This document shows positions 25,551-32,260 of a stretch of 32,260 nt of DNA, piece by piece. The notes under the pieces were generated by a model. That model was not told the origin of the DNA, did not search any database, and saw only the letters and a program-made list of their open reading frames with translations. Numbering within the stretch: the stretch's first letter is position 1; every line of letters starts with the position of its first letter. The DNA comes from Myxococcales bacterium (GTDB taxonomy: Bacteria; Myxococcota_A; Polyangia; Polyangiales; Polyangiaceae), in assembly GCA_043747615.1 (NCBI GenBank), contig JAYTOU010000026.1, positions 1-32,260 on the forward strand, in the 5' to 3' direction. A program made the translations under genes and the position numbers.

Positions 25551-26165
25551 ATGCGCGCGCTGCGCCGAGTGCTGGCGGGGATAGGATCTAGCGCTTGCCT
25601 GAGCGTGATCACGCCGGACGCCCACGCCGACGAACCGCGGTATCCGGCACCTCGAGTCGAGCCGGAGATTTATACCTTGCTCATGCTTCCAAGCGGACCC
25701 ATGGGTGGCTTCAGCCAATACCTCGGCGGGATGGGCCTCGGATTACGGGCGACGGTTAGTCCCTTGGACCGCGGTGTTCTCGGCGATGCCGACGATCGCA
25801 TCGGCATTTTCGGCGGTTTGGCATTTGCCTCGTTGTGGGGACAGGCGCTCTCGGTGCCGGTAGAAGCGAATGCTCGCGACCCGTACACGACCTACGAAAA
25901 TGACAGCATGGCGAGGTTCCTCCTGTTCCCATTTGGCCTTCGTTGGCTACTGCCGATGAGTAGTCGCGTTTCCATCTTCCTCGAGCCGGGCGGCCTGGCC
26001 TTCGTGCGGTTGCATTCGCTCCCGATCCTCCCTGGTGACAGAAGTGCGGGAGTTTCCCCTGCGGGCGCACTCGGCTTGCAGGTCTTCGCTTCGCGACACG
26101 TCGCCCTAACGTTCCGCGGCGGCTATCCGATGCTGCTCACGATCGGGCTGAGCGCGGCACCCTAA
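25551..26165 (+). CDS. Putative small outer-membrane beta-barrel protein
   Basis: Signal peptide ending AHA. Amphipathic strands GLGLRATV, FPFGLRWLLPM, VSIFLEPG and VALTFRGGYP. Alternative start TTG 25539. Confidence 0.62.
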   Translation: MRALRRVLAGIGSSACLSVITPDAHADEPRYPAPRVEPEIYTLLMLPSGPMGGFSQYLGGMGLGLRATVSPLDRGVLGDADDRIGIFGGLAFASLWGQALSVPVEANARDPYTTYENDSMARFLLFPFGLRWLLPMSSRVSIFLEPGGLAFVRLHSLPILPGDRSAGVSPAGALGLQVFASRHVALTFRGGYPMLLTIGLSAAP

Positions 26166-26406
26166 CAAGGACCCACGCCCGGTGACCGATAAAGGGCCGC
26201 TCTCACCGTAGCGGGTGTTACGCGCGCTAGCGACCTGTTGCCGGCGCGCCAAAAGAATCCGCCGCGGACGTGCTTATCGGACTACGCGGCACGAGTGACA
26301 CGTGCCGATGCTCCAAGCCGTACTGACAAGACGCGTCGCGAGTGGCCATGCGCGCTCTGATTTTTGGCACCGTCCCTGCAAAAGACTGCTCGACCGTCCG
26401 CGATGC

Positions 26407-26574
26407 TCAGCTCGGCGGCGCGCCGTCCGCCGCGGTTCGTCGCTCGATCATGAACGAAAGCTCGATCAGGTCGAGTGCGATCATGATCGCCCTCTCCGTC
26501 TCCTCTTTCGGGCGCTCACGAGTGGATTCAGAGAAAAACGCTTTCGAGAGGTTGCGGAGCTGTTCTGGCGTCAT
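26407..26574 (-). CDS. Small hypothetical protein (55 aa)
   Basis: MTPEQLRNLSKAFF... begins with an ATGA overlap on the GrpB-family stop. Confidence 0.4.
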   Translation of the reverse strand: MTPEQLRNLSKAFFSESTRERPKEETERAIMIALDLIELSFMIERRTAADGAPPS

Positions 26575-27164
26575 CCCGATCCATCCGCCGACTGCGCGAA
26601 CGTGTTGCGCGCGGAATTTCCCAGCCCGAGCTGGCACAGCGCGTCCTTAATGAACTCAGACTTCGCTTCGGCATAATCTGGTCCGTGCGTGATCCCCGCA
26701 TCGAGCACGCGACGCTTGCACGCGATGTAGCGCCCGCAAAGCTCCGGGCTCGCGCGGAGGGCATCGCGGAAGCCGAGGAGCTCCGCGATCTCCGGATCGC
26801 CCGCGGGGAGGACGTGGAGATGCGCGTGGAAGACGCGGTCGCGGAGCTTCACACACGCTTGGAGCATCGGTCGCGTCGCAGGGAACGCCCACTCCTCGCG
26901 TTGTCGCTGCCAACCCGAGGCGACGAGCGCGGCGACGAGCGAAGGTATCCGCGCAGGTGTCGCGGCTGCTAACAGATCGACGAATCCTTTGCCCGCAAGG
27001 CCGGGAACCGCCGACGATCCGATGTGCTCGAACGGGATGTCGGACGCGATCGCTTGCCCGCGCTTGATGAGGCGTGCCGCGACTTCTTGGAGTACCGGCT
27101 CCCAGCTCTCGAGGCTCGCGGGCACGTGGACGTACGGCAGAAGATCGACGTCCGTTGCCTTCAA
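26571..27164 (-). CDS. GrpB/UPF0157 family nucleotidyltransferase-fold protein
   Basis: EHIGSSAVPGLAGKGFVDLL, HLHV, FRDALR, Y-x3-K and YAEAKSEFI motifs. Confidence 0.88.
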   Translation of the reverse strand: MKATDVDLLPYVHVPASLESWEPVLQEVAARLIKRGQAIASDIPFEHIGSSAVPGLAGKGFVDLLAAATPARIPSLVAALVASGWQRQREEWAFPATRPMLQACVKLRDRVFHAHLHVLPAGDPEIAELLGFRDALRASPELCGRYIACKRRVLDAGITHGPDYAEAKSEFIKDALCQLGLGNSARNTFAQSADGSG

Positions 27165-27577
27165 TGTAACGCCGCGCGGCGTCCCTCATCGCGCAACGCC
27201 TTCGTGCGGAGATGCTCAACCGCCGGGACGAGCGCATCGCGAACGAGAGCCACCCGCGCCTCGGCGTGAGGGTGGGGGTCACGGTCGATGAGGACGATGA
27301 ACAAGTCCGAATCGGTCGCGAGCGCAGCAACCGAGCACGAGCCGTCCGGCGCACGCGCCGCAAAGGGCTTCTCGTGTGTCGACTCGAGCTTCGCGAGAAA
27401 GTCGACGGCGTTCTCGAAGATCCGCAGCTCGTCTTCAGAGATCGGGGCGCGGGCGACCCAGAAAGGCTCGCCCTCGGGGCCAAAGAGAACGATCTGGTCT
27501 GCCTTGTACCGCGCGAGCACGGAATGCAGCGCGCGCAGCACGACCGCATTCAGTTCGTCGTTGATCACGCCGGCCAT
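27161..27577 (-). CDS. Hypothetical protein
   Basis: AGG before the ATG, TTGA overlap with the GrpB-family gene, alpha/beta pattern. Confidence 0.6.
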   Translation of the reverse strand: MAGVINDELNAVVLRALHSVLARYKADQIVLFGPEGEPFWVARAPISEDELRIFENAVDFLAKLESTHEKPFAARAPDGSCSVAALATDSDLFIVLIDRDPHPHAEARVALVRDALVPAVEHLRTKALRDEGRRAALH

Positions 27578-27727
27578 CCTACTCGAGCCGGTGGGCTTCG
27601 CGCTTGGAAGTCGCCGCTCGTTGTGGCGGCGAGCAGTCAGCCCAAATAGCCTATTGGCTGAGAAGGCAAACGCTTCCGCGCAATCCAGAGCCGTCGGCTA
27701 ATCGACGAAGCCGCTCGCGCCCTTCCG

Positions 27728-28249
27728 CTATTCGCGGTCCGAACGAAAGCCGATCCGTTTGCGCCCGCGCTCCGGCGGAGTCATCAGGTCTCGAATTGCG
27801 TCGAAGATCACCTTGAACTGCGCGTCGTATTTTCGTTCCAAGGACGCCAGCTTCCGCGCGAGATCATGATGGGCCCCGAGCATCGTCCGGAGCTGGACGA
27901 ACGCGCGCATGATCTCGACGTTGACGTGGATCGCGCCTTTGCTGGAGAGGACGCTCGACAGCATCGCAACGCCCTGCTCAGTGAACGCGTACGGTGGAGA
28001 CCGTCGTCCGCCGCGCCCAACGACCTTTGAGATCACATTTTGTGATTTCAAAAGAGCGTGCTCTTCGGCGGTAAGCTGAAACATGAAATCGTCGGGGAAA
28101 CGGGCCAAATTTCGCTTGACCGCCTGGACCAGCGACCGGGTCTCAACGCCGTAGAGAGCGGCGAGACTCGCATCGAGCATCACCTTGTGCCCGCGGATCA
28201 CGAGGATATTTCGCGCGAGCGTTTCCGTCGTGACGAGCGGCTTGGCCAT
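27728..28249 (-). CDS. ORF6N (KilA-N-like) DNA-binding protein
   Basis: [43 protein letters not shown]...[22 protein letters not shown], with RKRIGF at the C-terminus. Start trimmed to ATG 28249. Confidence 0.92.
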   Translation of the reverse strand: MAKPLVTTETLARNILVIRGHKVMLDASLAALYGVETRSLVQAVKRNLARFPDDFMFQLTAEEHALLKSQNVISKVVGRGGRRSPPYAFTEQGVAMLSSVLSSKGAIHVNVEIMRAFVQLRTMLGAHHDLARKLASLERKYDAQFKVIFDAIRDLMTPPERGRKRIGFRSDRE

Positions 28250-28415
28250 GCGCCGACGTTTACCACAGGCGGTGCGGTCCCTCGAAATGAGGAACGGGCG
28301 CGGACTTCCTCCGCGGCTCGGCGCGTCGACGAGTTCGTTCATCCGCGTCACGAACGGCTGAGAAGCGGAATCTCTGGAATTCACGGCTTCTGTGAGTCGG
28401 TGGACTGATCCTCGC

Positions 28416-29576
28416 CTAAATGAAAGCTGGTGCCGCGATCCACTCCGCGTGGAATGCGGCGAGTAGAGTCGTTATCGCGATCGGCTCCTCGATCCGCGAA
28501 AACATACACCCGCGGCCACCCGCGTCTTTGATCGACGCCCCGAGGTGGTACAAATCCACATCGTCGACGACGATGAATCGATCGTGAAACTTACTGGATG
28601 AACGGATTTCGAGTTCTCCGTGCTGCTTGATGAAAGCCTGGGCGTGGGCTTTCATCGATGCGGTTGTTGACTTCGAACCCGTCAGGACACTCAGAATCAC
28701 GCCCTTTGACTTCGCCGAGCAAACGTCGAGCGTGGTCTCACCCACGTAGCCGTCAACGATCAGGATCGATTTGGTCGCCGTCTGAACGATCTTGGATATC
28801 GCGCGCATCGCGTCGAAGGGTTGCCCGGCGAGGAAGACGCCTTCGCGGTCGACCGTCACGGGGTACGCGTCTGCCGCAAGATCGGCGAGGACGTCGAGCG
28901 TATATTTGATGTCCTCGAGCAGCACGCCGACGTCTCTCGCTGAGACGAGCCCACGGCCGTCGAAGTCCGTGCCAGCCGTGACGCTGAGTGTCCGCAACGC
29001 GAGGTCGTCGAAAGTGCTGGTCGCCCTTAGTTCGTCGCGGATCGGATTCCAGCGGCCCGTGAGTTCTTGGACCTCCGCCGGATCGAACCAGATGTTGTCG
29101 AGAATCTTGCCGCTCGAATTCGTGGTCGTCATCTTCTTCACATAGCGCGCGTAGATCGCTTTGAGCTTCGGGACGATCTCGCGCCCGATTGGTCGCGCGG
29201 ATGCCTTCGGCGAGTCGTTTCGACCCTTCGGTCTGCGCGCGGCGTCGGTGAAGACGCGCTCGACATCCGCGAGTGCCGAACGAAGCGCGTCGTCGCTGCC
29301 CGGCACCACCCGGGGATCGATGGCGTGAATGCCGAACGTGCGCCAGGACTCATCGAGCTGCCCAATCTCCGCGGGTTCAAGCAGTTCTCTCAGGCGAGGA
29401 TCGACCTGGTTGCCGTCCGCATATGCCTGGCGCAAACCGTTGAGCGTCTTCTTCCACGTCGCCCAGGCCTTTACGTCGGTTTGGTCAAGACTGGCCGTCA
29501 GAGTGCGGGCCGCGTCCGCAAGTGACGTTAGGCGCTCATCGCTCCACGGATTCATTGTCGCGGCCCCTTCACCCAT
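28416..29576 (-). CDS. Protein with C-terminal PLD-like nuclease domain and unknown helical N-terminus
   Basis: [11 protein letters not shown]...[12 protein letters not shown]...[25 protein letters not shown], an HDRF variant of the HKD motif. Start at 29576 or 29555. Confidence 0.75.
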   Translation of the reverse strand: MGEGAATMNPWSDERLTSLADAARTLTASLDQTDVKAWATWKKTLNGLRQAYADGNQVDPRLRELLEPAEIGQLDESWRTFGIHAIDPRVVPGSDDALRSALADVERVFTDAARRPKGRNDSPKASARPIGREIVPKLKAIYARYVKKMTTTNSSGKILDNIWFDPAEVQELTGRWNPIRDELRATSTFDDLALRTLSVTAGTDFDGRGLVSARDVGVLLEDIKYTLDVLADLAADAYPVTVDREGVFLAGQPFDAMRAISKIVQTATKSILIVDGYVGETTLDVCSAKSKGVILSVLTGSKSTTASMKAHAQAFIKQHGELEIRSSSKFHDRFIVVDDVDLYHLGASIKDAGGRGCMFSRIEEPIAITTLLAAFHAEWIAAPAFI

Positions 29577-29771
29577 CGAGCCGATCCTAACAGCTTCACG
29601 ACGCTCATCGCCTCGATCAGGCTGTGCCCTTCGCCACCTTCGGCCCGATGGCCTTTAGGCCTTTAAAGAGGGTGACGCCCTCGCGTCGCCGCCAAAGTGT
29701 CGTTACCAGGGTTCGGTAGCGGGTTAGAAACGGGACCGGCCCCTCGCGCCCCGACCGCGTAAGCTCGATGG

Positions 29772-30641
29772 GTGCCGCCTCATCCATCGCCGAGCCCCAC
29801 TGTGATCGCGCTCGGGATTTTGGGAGGCGTGAGCGGCGTTCTCTTCCTCGCCGTGGATCGCTCCCAAATCGGTGCGGGGTATTTGGTGCATGCATTCGTG
29901 CCCGCGCTGTTGCTCGTTGGGGCCGGTACTCTCTTCGCGAGAACGCGCCCGTTTCATCACGTGGCGCTCATCACCATCATGGTCGCGTGGCTGTGTGCGC
30001 TGCTGACGATGAGTTTGTGGCGTACGTCGCTGGGCCTCGGGATGCTTCTTGTTGTTCTGTTCCTCGTGTGGCCCGCAACTCTCATCGCCATCGTCGCGAC
30101 CGGAAGACGTGCGGAAAGCGCCCGTGCGGGCTCGATCATCGAGGGCGCTCGCATGCGTGCGCTCTGGGTCGCGACGGCCCTCACGTCGGCGATGCTCGCG
30201 AGCGGAGCTCGAGTCCAACGATATCCGGCGATCGCCGCGCCGGAGGTCGTTTCTGCGATCGGACTCGCCGCACTCGGGGCGCTGGCGATACTCAGTTTTT
30301 TGGACGCACGAAGCCTGGTCATGGCCGTTCGCCTGCGCTCGCCATTTCGCGGAACGGGAAAGATGGTCGTGGATTTCGGCGTCGGAGAGGAGCTCGTCGA
30401 GCACGCCATCCCGATGCCCGCAAGCTACCGCGAGAGCGGTCTTCACGTGCTCGAGGTTCGCGGCTCCCGTAGCCGCGCGCTCAGGACCCTCGGCACCGCG
30501 GTCACGCTCGACGCGCTCGCGTTCGTGATTGCAGCTTGGGCGTTCGTTCCCGCAGTCGTGGATCCGATGCCCGATGTGCCAAAACCATTCAAGGGCCCAT
30601 GTGTGACCGCTCCCGCTCCCGACTGGGGCCCCGGACGGTAG
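29772..30641 (+). CDS. Multi-pass membrane protein
   Basis: About seven hydrophobic segments and a 'PASYRES' linker. Confidence 0.7.
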   Translation: MPPHPSPSPTVIALGILGGVSGVLFLAVDRSQIGAGYLVHAFVPALLLVGAGTLFARTRPFHHVALITIMVAWLCALLTMSLWRTSLGLGMLLVVLFLVWPATLIAIVATGRRAESARAGSIIEGARMRALWVATALTSAMLASGARVQRYPAIAAPEVVSAIGLAALGALAILSFLDARSLVMAVRLRSPFRGTGKMVVDFGVGEELVEHAIPMPASYRESGLHVLEVRGSRSRALRTLGTAVTLDALAFVIAAWAFVPAVVDPMPDVPKPFKGPCVTAPAPDWGPGR

Positions 30642-30644
30642 GCC

Positions 30645-31370
30645 ATGCACAACCCCTATGCACCGCCCGCTACGCTGCCGCGGTCGACGAAGCGCGCGTT
30701 TTCGCCTGGTGCTCCCCAGCCGTGGCAAGTCGGCGAAGTCTTCGCCGCCGCGCTGCGCGCGTACAAAGCAAACTGGCTCCCGCTCACCACCGCGGCCTTC
30801 CTACAGACCGTCATGGGAACCGTTCTTCAGGAGGTTCCGAGCTTGCTCGCGAAGCGGGAAGGGCTTGGTCACTCGGCAGAGATTGCCGCAATCTTCGTCG
30901 GCCTCTTCGTCGGCCTTCTTGTTCAATCGTTCTTCATGGTCGGACTCATGCGCATGTGCCTCGCAGCGGCGCGCGGAGGGACGGCGATGTTCGGCGACCT
31001 CGCCGGCGGAGCGTCGCACTGGCTTCCATGCTTTGCTGTCATGCTGGTCGCGATGCTCGGTGTGCTGGGCTACGCGCTCCTGATCGTCCCGGGGGTAATC
31101 GTTAGCGCGTCGCTCATGGTGGCGTTCTTCTTCGTCATCGACGCCGACATGACGGCTGTCGAAGCGATGCGGGCGAGCTGGCGTGCGTCGAAAGGATCTA
31201 TCGGCAAACTGTTCGCCATTTGGCTTGGATGGTTCGCGCTCAGCATCGTGGGGCTCGCGGCGTGCGGAATCGGCTTTTTCGCTGCAACGGCGATCTACTA
31301 TCTGGCGACGGCGATCGTGTACCTGCGAATGACTGGCCAGGGGCACTCGAAAGGGCATGAGGCACCCTAA
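30645..31370 (+). CDS. Integral membrane protein (DUF975-like)
   Basis: NPYAPP N-terminus; G-x-x-LLIVPGVIV, AVEAMRASWRASKG and LAACGIGFF motifs. Confidence 0.75.
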   Translation: MHNPYAPPATLPRSTKRAFSPGAPQPWQVGEVFAAALRAYKANWLPLTTAAFLQTVMGTVLQEVPSLLAKREGLGHSAEIAAIFVGLFVGLLVQSFFMVGLMRMCLAAARGGTAMFGDLAGGASHWLPCFAVMLVAMLGVLGYALLIVPGVIVSASLMVAFFFVIDADMTAVEAMRASWRASKGSIGKLFAIWLGWFALSIVGLAACGIGFFAATAIYYLATAIVYLRMTGQGHSKGHEAP

Positions 31371-32196
31371 ATGAGTGCGCGCGAGCAGGTGACATCCGCT
31401 TCAGGGCTCGTTTACGTCGTTTGGGAGCTGACGCTCCAATGCGATCTCGCCTGTAAGCACTGCGGCTCCCGGGCCGGAAAGCCACGTGAGCAGGAGCTCT
31501 CGACCGCCGAGGCACTCGGCGTTGTTCGGCAGCTCGCGGAGATGGGAGCCAAGGAGGTGACCCTCATCGGCGGCGAAGCGTATCTGCGCGACGACTGGCC
31601 GCAGATCGCACGCGCCATCAAGGATCACGGAATGGTCTGCACGATGACCACCGGCGGACGCGGAATGAATGCGGAGCGCTCGCGGCTTGCGGCCGAGGCC
31701 GGCATCGGCAGCGTTTCCGTTTCGCTCGACGGGCTCGGGCCGACGCACGACACGCAACGTGGGGTGCGCGGCAGCTTCGACGCTGCCGTCGCGGCGATCA
31801 CGACCCTCAAGAGGGCCGGGGTCCTCGTTTCGGTCAACACCCAGATCAATCGGCTCTCCCTTCCTGAGCTCGACGGCGTTCTGGATCTCTTGATCGACCT
31901 TCGTCTTCACGCCTGGCAGGTGCAGCTCACGGTGCCCATGGGGCGCGCGGCGGAACGGCCGGAGTGGTTGCTGCAACCCGATGACATCCTGCACGTCATT
32001 CCCAAACTCGCCGAGCTCGCCGTGCGCGGCCTTGCGGGCGGGGTGCGGATCTGGCCGGGGAACAACATCGGTTACTTCGGTCCCCACGAGATGACGCTTC
32101 GAGGGCGTGCCGAAACGACCGATCGCCACTGGGCCGGCTGCACGGCGGGCATTCACACCCTCGGCATCGAGTCCGACGGTGCGATCAAGGGCTGCC
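31371..32196 (+). pseudogene. Radical SAM/SPASM peptide maturase, interrupted in the SPASM domain
   Basis: VWELTLQCDLACKHCGSRAG (CxxxCxxC), IGGEAYLR and GCTAG...LGIESDGAIKGC. The expected continuation is replaced by IS-end sequence; the frame stops at 32252. Confidence 0.85.
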
Positions 32197-32260
32197 TGCT
32201 GAGCGACAATTACATCTCCCCACGGACGACAACTAGATTTCCCCATTTTTGAGGCGCGCC
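32197..32260. mobile_element. Terminus of an IS21-family-like insertion sequence
   Basis: Starts with TG and is lower in GC. Contains two 19-bp imperfect repeats at 23-bp period (CGACAATTACATCTCCCCA 32204-32222; CGACAACTAGATTTCCCCA 32227-32245), as expected for IS21 subterminal repeats. Confidence 0.7.

Larger units (their letters stand above)
718..29600. mobile_element. Integrated element or genomic island at tRNA-Gly(CCC); right boundary not identified
   Basis: The att fragment sits next to int/xis, followed by phage-like and defence-like genes through ORF6N/PLD. No second att or intact tRNA-Gly is visible in the window, so the end coordinate is a guess and the element may run past the window. 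Confidence 0.55.

Overview
High-GC window, probably from a myxobacterium (Polyangiaceae-like lipoprotein, RCC1 and radical SAM genes). It is bounded by an IS66 end on the left and an IS21-like end on the right. From the left: an IS66-truncated, decayed tyrosine integrase; the 3' half of tRNA-Gly(CCC) acting as an att site; an intact paralogous integrase with an excisionase-like gene; and cargo genes (response regulator, trypsin-like protease, HEPN protein, RCC1 lipoprotein). The centre is a ~10 kb tightly coupled 12-gene cluster (9968-20115), transcribed divergently from a MerR/Xis-like HTH gene across a 12-bp-period repeat array. The cluster encodes a candidate jelly-roll capsid protein, a minimal Cys-His-Asp transglutaminase-like enzyme, a membrane-anchored 2xLysM protein, an amphipathic Gly/Ala-rich protein, a two-domain beta protein, a membrane-anchored GH73-like muramidase and a DUF3560/LPD29 polyvalent protein. 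I find no terminase, portal, tail, packaging ATPase or replicase in it. My best inference is an undescribed integrated tailless (probably membrane-containing) virus or virus-derived particle system. The right part holds a secreted protease/TSP3 cassette, GrpB, ORF6N and PLD-like genes, membrane proteins and a radical SAM/SPASM gene cut by the IS21-like end. All family calls come from reading motifs by eye; no searches were run.
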